From: Catajapyx aquilonaris
Lineage: Eukaryota
Direction of reading: 5' to 3'
NCBI GenBank assembly: GCA_000934665.2
Contig: JYFJ02003444.1
Location: forward strand, 1 to 41,703
DNA: 41,703 nt
The notes under the pieces were generated by a model. That model did no database searches. It saw only the letters and a list, made by a program, of their open reading frames with translations, and was not told where the DNA came from. This document shows positions 1 to 10,347 of the stretch, one piece after another. The position numbers and the translations under genes are program-made. The first letter of the stretch is position 1; each line of letters starts with the position of its first letter.

Positions 1-18
1 CAATAACTCCTACGAAGT

Positions 19-91
19 GGGGGTGTATCTCTGTGGTAGAGCGTTCGCTTTGCATGATTGTGAAAGGTCCCGGGTTCGATCCCCGGCACCA
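19..91 (+). pseudogene. tRNA-Ala(TGC) pseudogene or tRNA-derived SINE head
   Basis: GGGGGTGTATCTCTGTGGTAGAGCGTTCGCTTTGCATG...AGGTCCCGGGTTCGATCCCCGGCACCA resembles metazoan tRNA-Ala(TGC), with an A box, an intact B box (GGTTCGATCC) and a T6 run at 92-97. The D stem is mutated, about 3 nt are inserted after the anticodon loop, and the 3' acceptor strand is incomplete. Confidence 0.75.
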
Positions 92-235
92 TTTTTTAGC
101 CCCTTGGGATTGGAACCACGACACGAGAGGGAAAAGCTCCCGAAGTTAGAGGCATATTTGTTTATTGTCTGGGAGCACCAGGGAGCACCAGGGAGTACCA
201 CTGCAGGTGTACACCGGAGTACCGAAGTGAGTGCC

Positions 236-891
236 CCCTTGGCCAGGACAAACGAATATGCAGGGTGGGGAACAGTGGTCATGTTATTTTTTATCAGGAA
301 GTCCCTGACTACGCGTGAGGTGTGTGCAGGCGGCATTGTCATGGGTGCAGCAACCAGTCTATATGTTCTTCCACATCTCCGGCCATTTGAGCCTAAATCG
401 TCTCAAACCATCCCAGTAGGCCCTAATACTTGCCGTTGACAGTTTTACAGGAGGGAGAAACTCCATATGCATAATTCCTAAAATGTCAAAGAAAATGATT
501 AGCATTGAGTTGATTTTGCTGCAAACTTGACGCGCCGCGCCACCTTCGAAGCTGTTAAGTGTTAACCCACTCATATATGTTATTGCTTGTCTTACAACTT
601 GCTCATCAAAAGCCTTGTTCAGCATTCGGTTGGTTGCATCCGAAGTTTTCTGGAAGCAAAATTTGCAAATCTTTTGCTCCATAACATAAGCGATTTCGAA
701 AAATCGCAGAAGCACAAGAACACGGTGTCAAAAAAACTGCCGAAACTCGGAAACATGAGCACCTATGAAGACGAAATTTTTCTGACTAATAGATGAAAGG
801 TGTAACCTAGCGCCCCCTAACGTCACAAGTTCGTACCTCCACTGGATTTCACGGTATATCGACAGTCCGGGAACTTTTTGATCACACCTCG
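236..891 (-). mobile_element. degenerate, internally deleted mariner (Tc1/mariner) transposon
   Basis: Frameshifted minus-strand peptides match mariner transposase: KICKFCF..KT...ML.KAF (N-terminal HTH), MLIIFFDILGIMHMEFLP, and PAHTSRVVRDFLIKNNMTTVPHPAYSFVLA (cf. HPPYSPDLAP). One terminus, TA|CGAGGTGTGATCAAAAAGTTCCCGGAC, is at 865-893; the other end is missing. Confidence 0.85.
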
Positions 892-1269
892 TACACCTTT
901 AAATTATTTCCGTAGTTTCCATCGATGTGTGGAAGCCGCAAAGAAAGCATACATTCTCTCAAGGGTTCCAAAAAATTTCACACATCACTTGGGTGTCACC
1001 CCCTTTGAGGGCGTCACCCGGTGCGGTCCGCACCTCCCGCACCTGCCTAGCGACGTACGCCACTGATATACAGTACACTGCAGGGTAATATACAGGGAGC
1101 AGATCACATGGTGAGCCCGTAACCACTAACCAGGAATGGGCGAATCTGACTCAACAGGCAAACTGCCATCCATCATTACTCGAAAAGGCCATGTTTCAAG
1201 TGAACTTTGGCTGAGGTACAGGCACCGCAACGCTCCGGTACTGCCCTCTCATCGTGGGATGGTTGGGAC

Positions 1270-1469
1270 GGGTCCACCAGATCCAACAACCGATCTGGAG
1301 AAACCGGAAGGAGGGCAGTTGTACAGTACGATTTATGAAGCTTGTTAGAACGATCACGGGGTAGGCTATAAGTCCTGCTCAAAGGTATAGGTCAGCATTT
1401 CTTCACCTAGAAGTGACACTTGACAAATCACGGTACTTCGTTCCTGTTCCTAATGGCGCATCTTTTCTG

Positions 1470-1552
<83 letters not shown>

Positions 1553-2119
1553 GACACAATAATAAATAACAAAAAATTAAACGACCCCGGGTACTTTTAT
1601 GGGCGTCTCTTTGCATTTCTGCCAACAATACGAATCTCCTGGTGTCGGAAACATTTGCATACGTGATTCGTGCGTGCTGAAGACAAGCGCCAGCATGATA
1701 GGGTTACTTTTTTTGTCTTCAGTGTAATAGTAATATTATGCTGGCGCTATTTGTGACGTCTGGCACGAATCATGTATGCAAAATAATGTTTCCGACACCA
1801 GGAGATTCGTATTTGTTGTCCGAAATGCAATAAAGAGACGGCGATAAAAGTACCCGGGGTTGTTTAATTTTTTTGTTATTTATAATTATTGTGTCCATTT
1901 ATTATTATTCCAGCAAAGGTGCGCCATTATAGGAACAGGAACGAAGTTCCGTGATTTGTCAAGTGTCACTTCTAGGCGAAGAAATCCTGACCTATACCTT
2001 TCATCAGGACTTATAGTACGGTTATACCCCGCGATCGTACTAACAAGCTTCATAAATCGTACAACTGCCCTCCTTCCGATGCCTGTTTCTCCAGATGTGA
2101 TGTTGCATCTGGTGGACCC
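1270..2119. mobile_element. long foldback/MITE-like imperfect palindrome
   Basis: About 1270-1697 is the diverged reverse complement of about 1738-2119 (e.g. cctagaagtgacacttgacaaatcacgg / ccgtgatttgtcaagtgtcacttctagg; acgaatctcctggtgtcggaaacatt / aatgtttccgacaccaggagattcgt). Spacer about 40 bp; no clear TSD. Confidence 0.75.
1471..1551. repeat. (AAT)n microsatellite
   Basis: Pure AAT run of about 27 units inside the left arm of the palindrome. Confidence 0.97.
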
Positions 2120-2350
2120 CCCCCCCCCCCGAAATGTTTGAAATAGCATTAGAAATTACTAATTCCTGATTATTATTATTATTTTTAAAGTGCTACCAAT
2201 TTCATCAAATACACCCATTCAAATTTCCCACATTCACCTAAACTCGTGTGACCTTGAACCCCAAAAAATTCGCCCCAAATCAAAGCATCTCTTGCTAAAG
2301 TTCGAGCCCCTTATCGCACCCCTTGATATCTGAGGCTGGCTCCGCCACTG
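2116..2350. mobile_element. MITE fragment with CAGTGGCG-type terminus
   Basis: Ends in ...ctggctccgccactg (reverse complement CAGTGGCGGAGCCAG). Related termini end at 1065, 3831 and 13690, and one starts at 41639. Confidence 0.5.
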
Positions 2351-3387
2351 AGCTCATCGGATACACGCAGACTTGGAATGGAGTACCCTGCACTCCCGAT
2401 GATCTGTGTGCGGGTTATCCGTTGCATCGACAAAAAAAGTAAAAAAACAAAAGTCGGAAATCTCCCATAAGGTTAGCATGCGTACATTTGGCCCATTGTG
2501 ATGTGCGTACTTTTACCCCATGAGTAAGTTTCCTGGTCTCCAACACATGATGCTGCCAGTACCCGGCTATGTGCTTCAGTCTGCTATGGACTCCCTATAG
2601 GGATTTCTCATAGTTAGAGTCTGTCTTTTTAGGCACGAATAAACCTCAAATAGGCACAACATTTTTACTTTTTCGAGATGATAATGTTACAGGTAATAAA
2701 AAGCTTGAATCATTTTATAGGCATTAAGTCTAAATAAATAAGGTCACAAGTCACAACCCATAGCAAAAACCGAATGACAACGATAAACTGACAGGAAATC
2801 ACGAAACTTGGGCAAACGACACAAAGTGCAAGCAAGTAGCACTTGCTCTGGACTCTACCACTTATGTGAGATAGAAGTGGCCAAAAGTTGCATATGTGCA
2901 TAATCTAAAATTGCATGGATGTTCTGCGCATCCCCACTCACCTTTTTAAAAGTCTGTGATATTCAACTGGACACCACTGTGAAGTAGTGGCACATCTTGC
3001 ATTCAGTGGCCGAAAGATGTTCCGAGGAGGTATCAAAAGCCTGTCCTGGTGACACCTCTATCAACTCATCTACTGCTTTCAACTCCTTACCTCCTGTGAT
3101 CCATTTGGCACTCCCTGAAGGAAGGCGATATCTCCACACCCACTTCATTCCAGAGGATCCGACAGAGGTGGTACTCCCCTATACCTTTTCTGTGTTTCAT
3201 CCTAAACTTAATTTTTGGGCCTCCCAGTCCTGTGGGTCCAAACCCATCCCATCCTTAAAATGTCCCTGGTAACAATTGTACCTGTGTTGATTGCATAAGC
3301 GGATAAACTGTTATGAGTGAAAACATTAAGTCCTGGCATGTTGGAGAAAGGAATTCCCAGGTATAAGGTACATTAACCAAGAAATAA

Positions 3388-3600
3388 GGGAGGCGAAGTG
3401 GCGTTGCGGTAACGTATGCGCCCACGGATGTTAAGGACTCGGGATCAGATCCCGCCCAGGGTTCCCCCCTTCATCTCATGCAGAGTTTGTTAGAGGTTGT
3501 CTCTGGCTTCGTCTTGGGTGGTATCTCCGTTAAGACAAACCACCCTGGGGAGTTCACAAAATGGCCACAACACCGAAATTGCACTGCACTTTGCACATCC
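3388..3600 (+). mobile_element. tRNA-derived SINE, family A (degenerate copy)
   Basis: tRNA-like head GGGAGGCGAAGTGGCGTTGCGGTAACGTATGCGCCCACGGATG..., and the body aligns by eye with the minus-strand copy at 23704-24059 (shared ggggagttcacaaaatg, ttgcactgcactttg). Confidence 0.75.
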
Positions 3601-4319
3601 CCTCTCACCTTTATTACTGTTATGTTATTGTAAAATATTATACTGAAAGTTATGGCTGCCCTTCGGAAATTACCTTTTCCGCCCTTCAAAAATTCGATTT
3701 TCTTTGTGATCTCGCCTCAATTTCCTATTATTGTATTTGAGAAATATTATTCATTGCAACTCGTGGCCGCCCCTGCAGGGAGGCCACCCCTAGGCCAGTG
3801 CCTACTGTGCCTAATGGGAAATCCGCCACTGGGGGACAGGATGGGACAGCCATTTCTGCCGGCTCACACTTTTAGCATTTTTCTTGACCATCCCTCCCCT
3901 TAAGGCGGGTGTCTTAATATAATCGAAGAAAAAAAAAAAACCTCCCCCATCCCTCTGTTCCCCCTGAATATTACTGTACCTGTTGCTACAATACACTACA
4001 TGTATTGTAGTTCCTGCCAAAGATGGGAAAGGAATCCCCCAGAACATGACGACTGACGACCCTCAACACGGAACTTCCCGTTAAACATTAAATGTTTCAA
4101 ATGCTGATCACTAAAAACAGCGATATTAGTCCTGTCTATGGGGAAATTGTCAAAAGTTTGGAAACTTTCTCATTAACTAACTATAACTTTGCCTCATTTT
4201 GAGCCAATTCACTTCATGCCACGCACTGTAACCAATAATAATCACCAGCGTAAAACAGGTACTTCCTGTATAATAATAATAATTGAATAGGTCTCACTCT
4301 CAACAAGTTATATCATTAA

Positions 4320-5119
4320 CCCCTTCGGCCCCAGATCGGCCCGAACCACACAGTTTTTGGCTTACGCGTACTCCGAAGATACGGACAAGATATTTTGCAA
4401 ATAATAACAGATATACTTACGAAATCTGGGAAAACCCTGTGAATGTGTCTGGAACCATTTTACTCGTCTAGAAGTCCCTAAATTAATTTCCAAAAAAGGG
4501 CTATAATAACTCGAAATTGGACCACTGCCGCCCAACTTTTAGGCTGATTTAATTATGAAATGCGTAAAAAGATGCGGAATAACAACCTTGAGAACCATGC
4601 CAGAGGAATTTGCTGAAATCGTCGTCCTTTGCGAGAAATAAATTAATACTTATTTGCGGCTTTCTGGCACTTCGGAAAACTTCGGAAAACTCCCAAATTT
4701 ATTTGTTTCTCATGAAGTACGACTATTTCAGAGAATTCATCTCATACTCATTTAGGAGTTTTCCTAAGTGCTAGAAAGCCGCAATTAAATATTAATTTAT
4801 TTCTCGCAATGTACGACGATTTCAGCAAATTCGTCTGGCAGTTCTCATGGTTGTTATTCCGCATCTTTTCACGCATTTCATAATTAAATCAGCCTAAAAG
4901 TTGGGCGGCAGTAGTCCAATTTTGAGTTATTATAGCCCTTTTTTGGAAATTAATTTAGGGACTTCTAGACGAGTAAAATGGTTCCAGACACATTCATAGG
5001 GTTTTCCCAGATCTCGTAAGTATAGCTGTTATTATTTGCAAAATATCTTGTCCGTATCTTCGGAGTACTACGCGTAAGCCAAAAACTGTGTGGTTCGGGC
5101 CGATCTGGGGCCGAAGGGG
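4320..5119. mobile_element. piggyBac-type MITE, 800 bp, nearly fully palindromic
   Basis: TTAA at 4316-4319 and 5120-5123 flank CCCCTTCGGCCCCAGATCGG...CCGATCTGGGGCCGAAGGGG. Arms of about 380 bp are nearly identical in inverted orientation, with a spacer of about 50 bp and no ORF. Confidence 0.92.
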
Positions 5120-5213
5120 TTAAGCTTCAGTGTGAATGGTTTTCTTGTCAGAATTACAATTTTTTGGCTGACTTTCACAGGTAACCTCAATGGCAGTCAC
5201 TAAGCATAATTAT

Positions 5214-5505
5214 TATTTATTATTATTATTATTGTTACCCCGTGCTCGAGCCATTCGGCTCGTTTTGGAGGGAGGGGGAGGTTCCCAAGGGGGGGCATCC
5301 TCGGTTTATAGTCACTCATGACTCTCTCAGACACACCAGACCTTTTCTCTGGCCCCGGGCAGCTAAGGGAGTGCAATGCTGCCCCGCTGTGTCGGGTGAA
5401 AAGCGGAAGAAGATCCGGCCAAGCAGAGGTGACGGGGACGGGATTTGAACCCCGGCCTCCCGCTTGGCTAGCCAGCGGCGTAACCGCTAGACTACCACAC
5501 CTCCC
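5214..5505 (-). mobile_element. full-length tRNA-derived SINE, family B, with 16-bp TSD
   Basis: Minus-strand head has an A box (TAGTCTAGCGG) and B box (GGTTCAAATCC), and there is an (AAT)n tail. The direct repeat CACTAAGCATAATTAT occurs at 5198-5213 and 5506-5521. Confidence 0.9.
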
Positions 5506-5723
5506 CACTAAGCATAATTATAAGGCTCTAAGGTGAAGCATGACCTAACAACAATCATACCTGGAAATGCTGAGAAATTATGAAATGACATGACAATTTA
5601 AGGTAAGCCAGGTTTATTCAGTAAACAAGTAACACAAAAATTAAAATCGAGCAGCAAAAATTTATTATGACATAGGTGGCAAAAGTAGGGATGGTAAATA
5701 AGCTTCATGATTGGCCTCAATTT

Positions 5724-6911
5724 TCAGTCTTTGCTTTCTGCACTTTTCCCTGCCCCTTCTGCCTTCTTACCGTCTGGGTCCCCTGCTTCTGCATAATCCC
5801 CTTCTCCCTCCTTCTCTCCTGGGTCCTCCTCTTCCTCTCCGGCCTCAACCTGACCTCCATCAGGAATCCACAATCCTGAATCCACGCACTTCTTCATGTA
5901 CAGCCTGGCCTCCGCCTCAGGCATCTCCTGCAAAACCTTCTGCAACATGGGGATGTCCCTCTTGTCGAAGCAGTCCTTCATCGACTGAGGTAGGCTCTCA
6001 TACACATCAACTGGGTCCAATCCCGCGGGTCCTAGACGTTTCTGTCTCTCCAGTTTCTCTTCCTCTTCTGCCTCCCTCAGTGCTTCCTCCATCTTACGAG
6101 CAGCATGCCGCTTTATTCGCTCCCTGAAGGAGTCAAGCTCTTCCTGAAATGCCTTCTGGTATATCTGGTCGGAAACCTGCATGCGAGCAAAGAAGGAGCC
6201 CACACATGCACGTGGGTCAATCTCCAATTGTCTGGCCAACTCAAGTATGTACTGCATACATATACACTGGTGGGCCACATGTCGCATGAGTTCCTCCTTC
6301 TCCTCCATTTGCAGGTTCAGGCACCAGAGAGCAAGGTAGGTGGCAGACTGTTCACAAACCAGCTCCAATCTGTCTTGCAAGTACCGCTTCGAGTCATCTA
6401 GCCTCCGCAGCATCCCAAAGTGCTTCAGCTCCGACTCATGCTTGGCTACAAACTCCTTCTGGCGGCGGTGCTTCTCCTCATCAGACACATTGGCTTCATC
6501 GTCGTAAACTTTCTTGGGCGTGTTGATTACAGTCTTGGTGAACCCTTCCTTTGAAATGGTGTCCACATTCCATGGCGACAGCTTCTTCTTCTGGTCCAAC
6601 TCTGTGCGCTCTTTGATTAGTTGGGCTCCCAGCTCTGACTCGAGGACGGCCAAGCGGCTGCGAAACTCTGCCACTTCCTCCTCCTTTTGTTCAGCTGTGG
6701 CCAAATCCAGCTCCTTCTGCAGCTTCTTTTTCTTGGTGTTATACTCGCTCTCTTTGGCACGGTACTGCTCCTCCTCCTTCTCCAATTCCGTCATCCTCTC
6801 CAGACGAGCCTGGTGACGCCATCGGAACAGCGAAGGCGTGTCCACATTCGGATGAGTCTCATCTTCATCATCTGATATCTCAATATCTTTCCACTTGCTG
6901 TAGTCCACCAT
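5724..6911 (-). CDS. Cdc37: Hsp90 co-chaperone Cdc37, single coding exon, 395 aa
   Basis: Diagnostic N-terminus MVDYSKWKDIEISDDEDETHPNVDTPSLFRWRHQAR (CK2 Ser13 site), PWNVDTIS, and C-terminal RLGPAGLDPVDVYESLP...CVDSGLW. The ATG is at 6911; the ORF track extends to a GTG at 6920. AATAAA on the minus strand at 5661-5666 and 5613-5618. Confidence 0.97.
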   Translation of the reverse strand: MVDYSKWKDIEISDDEDETHPNVDTPSLFRWRHQARLERMTELEKEEEQYRAKESEYNTKKKKLQKELDLATAEQKEEEVAEFRSRLAVLESELGAQLIKERTELDQKKKLSPWNVDTISKEGFTKTVINTPKKVYDDEANVSDEEKHRRQKEFVAKHESELKHFGMLRRLDDSKRYLQDRLELVCEQSATYLALWCLNLQMEEKEELMRHVAHQCICMQYILELARQLEIDPRACVGSFFARMQVSDQIYQKAFQEELDSFRERIKRHAARKMEEALREAEEEEKLERQKRLGPAGLDPVDVYESLPQSMKDCFDKRDIPMLQKVLQEMPEAEARLYMKKCVDSGLWIPDGGQVEAGEEEEDPGEKEGEGDYAEAGDPDGKKAEGAGKSAESKD

Positions 6912-7129
6912 TTCGAGCACGCTCTAGGGCCGACTCCAACAGCAACGGATCCAACCTGTCTCAATCACTAAATTAGATAGATGCCATGCTCGTCTTCTTC
7001 CAATTGTAGACCGAAATATGTGGTAGAACTTACGGATCTTCCAGGGGGTGGTGTGGAACCAAAGGGAGGAGACCCAGGCCGGCAGATTCCTGACCAAAAT
7101 GTAAATACGAACGAATGTTCTCGAAAAGG

Positions 7130-7260
7130 CCAGAGATGACGTAAATTTGACATCCCTCGAACTCCGGTTGTCTCAATTATCGGCAGCCATCTTTGATCTT
7201 CCAGCCCTTCCAAGATGGCTGCCTCCATATGCTTGGTTTAATCCACGGCTTAATCCGCTT
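7130..7260. promoter_or_regulatory. candidate bidirectional promoter (Cdc37 / Tigger-derived gene)
   Basis: Perfect inverted 12-mers GGCAGCCATCTT (7182-7193) and AAGATGGCTGCC (7212-7223) are YY1/Pho-type motifs facing outward. A CRE-like TGACGTAA is at 7137-7144. The site lies between divergent genes. Confidence 0.55.
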
Positions 7261-7707
7261 TGTTTGAAGCTGCAGCCTTGATGACAGCGACAGGTATAAC
7301 TGGGAAGTGTCACCAGCTGGACAATCGGCGTGTCACACGCTGCGAAAACTGCTGAGAAAGTCAGACCACTAGACCAGACACCTGAATTCCTGCCCGAGTC
7401 CATCGTGCTGGAGTTGCAAACTGGAGATTTTGGGCATACTCCAGGTGAAGCTGAGAACCTGCCTCCAGGGAACTGCTGGAATTTGTAGCGATCACTGAAC
7501 CAGGAAGGATCTGGAAGATCTGGAGGGGATTCGAACGTTGCTCATATTTTCTGTGATTCAGCCACATCATTCAGTATATTTTTAATCATCTCAAGATTAC
7601 TTGTAATGGGTGGAATTTTCATCCCGCTTAACTTAACAGTACCACTGCCAACACTGCTAAGTTAGCTGTAACTAGCAGTGCAACGAAAATCCCACCGAAT
7701 CTCTCGA

Positions 7708-7840
7708 TGCAAATGGTTGTATAGGTTGCTTGGTACGTGGCAAAGTAAAGGTTTGCTTTTTGGAGCTCTGTTGAATTTTTACTTTTATTACTTTCAAATC
7801 ACGGTTGATTAAATCCACAGATGTTGAGGGCCACAGACTG
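7708..7840 (+). mobile_element. degenerate pogo/Tigger-type 3' end fragment
   Basis: ggcaaagtaaaggtttgctttttggagc...cacggttgattaaatccacagatgttgagggccacagactg|TA resembles, from memory, the right end of MER2/Tigger-like elements and ends in CTG+TA. Confidence 0.5.
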
Positions 7841-7860
7841 TATTAAGATGTCGTCAGCAT

Positions 7861-8245
7861 TCCAAAGGAAAGATTTGGCTTGTGCACTTTTTTACATGCT
7901 AGGGAAGGCAGAAAATGCTGGATTTCTAGCTCATAATGAACCTTAGTCCTCAAGGTTCATTATGAGCTAGAAATCCAGCATTTTCTGCCTTCCCTAGCAT
8001 GTAAAAAAGTGCACAAGCCAAATCTTTCCTTTGGATCTTATCAAAACTGGCATTTTGGACTTTGTGGATTGCACTTGTATGCTGTGTCCGTAACTCTGAC
8101 ACAGCATACAAGTGCAATCCACAAAGTCCAAAATGCCAGTTTTGATAAGATCCAAAGGAAAGATTTGGCTTGTGCACTTTTTTACATGCTAGGGAAGGCA
8201 GAAAATGCAGGATTTCTAGCTCATAATGAACCTTGAGGACTAAGG
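7861..8245. repeat. inverted triplication (forward-inverted-forward) containing a near-perfect palindrome of about 300 bp
   Basis: An 84-bp unit (tccaaaggaaag...gaacctt) occurs forward at 7861-7944, inverted at about 7952-8035 and forward at about 8151-8234. About 7941-8245 is a palindrome around the spacer cgtaactct (8089-8097). Confidence 0.93.
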
Positions 8246-8351
8246 CCCGAATCTTCGACGTCTCGCGCAAACCTGCGGGAGGCGCTCGCAGAGGGGAGTA
8301 AACAGCTAGGGTCCTCCTGCAGGTTTGCGCGAGACGTCGAAGATTCGGCCC
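8244..8351. mobile_element. PIF/Harbinger (Tourist-like) MITE, 108 bp
   Basis: TAA|GGCCCGAATCTTCGACGTCTCGCGCAAACCTGC...GCAGGTTTGCGCGAGACGTCGAAGATTCGGCCC|TAA: TIRs of about 35 bp and a 3-bp TAA TSD. Confidence 0.85.
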
Positions 8352-8787
8352 TAAATGATGTTCACTAGGCAAGTAGAAAAAATGCTTGATTGTGTGAATA
8401 AACTAAAGACTGCTAAAATAGGAATCAATTAATTTCTCCTGTATGCTGATGATAGTCCTAATGTGCCATCCTGGGCCCTGCAGTTCCCACAGTTGGTTGC
8501 ATGAGATCTGAAGTGGGCATGATCAATGTTGTTGTTCGCCATGATTGTCTGTGGCTTCTAACTGGAATCCTTCCTTGCAGGCTGGTGGCGCTGGAGTATG
8601 GGGCCTTGACTCAGCAGCGTGGTGTTGATTGCGACATTCACATATGTCAAAAGGCGCTGATTGTGAATTGCTACTTGAAGATTGTTTCGAGCTGTAAAGG
8701 ACTGTACGTATTTTTTTGAAAAAGTTTTCGTTTCAAGTCCTTAATGTAAAGATTTGTTTACATCTGTGTTTATAGCTCTTCACGAGA

Positions 8788-10347
8788 ATGAGTGGGCCGA
8801 GCCAGCCACCTAAACGACGAAAGACAGTTTTAACAATTAAACAAAAACTGGACACAATTGATAGACTTGAGAAAGGGGAGTCTGTACACAAATTAGCCAA
8901 GGAGTTGGGTATTGGTGTTTCAACTGTACGTGACTTCAAGAAACAAAAGGAAAAACTCATTAAATTTGCCCGTGACTGTAACGGTGGAGAAGCGGCAATC
9001 ACGAGGAAGTCGCTTAAAAAATCATCTTACGAAAACCTCGATGCTTGCATGATTCAATGGGTCAATCAACAACGATCGGAAGGGATTCCTATCTCAGGCC
9101 CAATGTGCATGGAGAAAGCTCTGTTTTTCCACCATGCTTTAGGCATTGAGGGTACATTTAATGCTTCTTCAGGCTGGTTAACACGTTTTAAGAACCGTTA
9201 CGGTATCAGAGAGGCGTGCATGAAAGGCGAAAAGACAAGTGCAAGTTATTCAGCTGCAGAATCATTCGTAAATGAATTTTGTGACTATGTGGAAAAAGAG
9301 GAATTGTCCCTTGATCAAATTTTCAATGCAGACGAGGCGGGCATCTATTGGAAATGCCTTCCAAATCAGATGCGAGCAATGCAGCAAGAGAAAGAAATTC
9401 CAGGTTTTACATCAGCAAAAGAGAGAGTAACTGTGATGTGCTGTGCAAATGCATCGGGAACATTCAGACTGAAGCCTCTTGTCATAGGAAAGACTAAAAA
9501 TCCCAGAAGTTTTGGTAAGAATTTTGAGAAGAAACTCCCTGTTCACTATGAGGCTCACCCATCCGCTTGGATGGATGGTGACTTGTTTACAAAGTGGTTC
9601 AACGAGATATTTGTACCGCAAGTGAGTGAATGGTTAGAAAAAAGTGGTCTACCAAAAAAAGCAGTTCTTCTACTAGACAGTGCACCATGCCATCCCACTG
9701 ACCTTTGTTCTACTAATGAAGAGATTGTTTTGAAATTCATTCCCCCTAACGTGAAATCCCTGATCCAGCCTATGGATCAAGGAATCATATCATCAATGAA
9801 ACGCATTTACAGAAAAAATCTCCTGAGATTCTTCCTACTTGAAGATGATAAACTTCGGAGTTCTTGGAAGAAAATCAAGCTTGTCAATGCAGTGAATCTA
9901 ATTGCTGAGGCTTGGAAAGAAGTTAAAAACTTAATACTAATTCATGGCTGGAAAAAAATGATCCCTGGTATTGTGAAGATTGAGGCGTCTGCCGATGAAG
10001 AGGTAACAGCATCGGACCTGGTTCAAATCATATCTGGTGTTAGAGGATTTGAAAACATAAGTGAAGCAAACATGGAAGAGTGGCTGGAGTATGACAAGGA
10101 TGATGAAGGCTATAAGATTCTATCAGACCAAGAGATTCTGGATTCAGTGACTCAAGGGGAGCCAGTAGAAGAACAGGAAGAAGGTGGTGATGGTGAATGT
10201 GAAACTGCAATGGTGAGCCATGGTGAAGCACTGGAATGTGTGGAAAAGCTATTATATTATGTGAGTCAACAAACTGATTTCAGCTTTAATGACATTATAG
10301 CTTTGCACAACATTCGCCAAATTGTCCTTGCAAACCAGGAAATATAA
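8788..10347 (+). CDS. pogo/Tigger transposase-derived protein (TIGD/Jerky/CENP-B-like), 519 aa
   Basis: N-terminal psq-type HTH (KRRKTVLTIKQKLDTI...LAKELGIGVSTV), CENP-B-type HTH (GIPISGP...FNASSGWLTRFKNRYGI), and DDE_1 domain with NADEAG, LLLDSAPCH and IQPMDQGII (32 aa between D2 and D3). Acidic tail; uninterrupted ORF. Confidence 0.95.
   Translation: MSGPSQPPKRRKTVLTIKQKLDTIDRLEKGESVHKLAKELGIGVSTVRDFKKQKEKLIKFARDCNGGEAAITRKSLKKSSYENLDACMIQWVNQQRSEGIPISGPMCMEKALFFHHALGIEGTFNASSGWLTRFKNRYGIREACMKGEKTSASYSAAESFVNEFCDYVEKEELSLDQIFNADEAGIYWKCLPNQMRAMQQEKEIPGFTSAKERVTVMCCANASGTFRLKPLVIGKTKNPRSFGKNFEKKLPVHYEAHPSAWMDGDLFTKWFNEIFVPQVSEWLEKSGLPKKAVLLLDSAPCHPTDLCSTNEEIVLKFIPPNVKSLIQPMDQGIISSMKRIYRKNLLRFFLLEDDKLRSSWKKIKLVNAVNLIAEAWKEVKNLILIHGWKKMIPGIVKIEASADEEVTASDLVQIISGVRGFENISEANMEEWLEYDKDDEGYKILSDQEILDSVTQGEPVEEQEEGGDGECETAMVSHGEALECVEKLLYYVSQQTDFSFNDIIALHNIRQIVLANQEI

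Noticed and set aside
19..91. Functional tRNA-Ala gene
   Set aside because: The acceptor stem is incomplete, the D stem is mutated and there is an insertion in the anticodon arm.
1428..1628. Poly-Leu ORF (and the poly-Ile ORF at 23614-23847)
   Set aside because: These are translations of (AAT)n microsatellites.
2942..3270. Possible minus-strand exon (acceptor about 3269, donor AAG|GTGAGT about 2941)
   Set aside because: All three frames contain stops and I recognise no homology; it could be non-coding but cannot be supported.
5711..6875. Plus-strand ORFs overlapping Cdc37
   Set aside because: Antisense shadows of a GC-rich, Glu/Lys-rich CDS.
7708..7842. Left TIR of the Tigger ORF
   Set aside because: It is oriented as a right end and does not match the TIR-like remnant at about 10530-10548.
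7950..8372. Near-identical ORFs on both strands (7950-8372 minus, 8009-8236 plus)
   Set aside because: They result from the palindrome; no recognisable domain or splice context.
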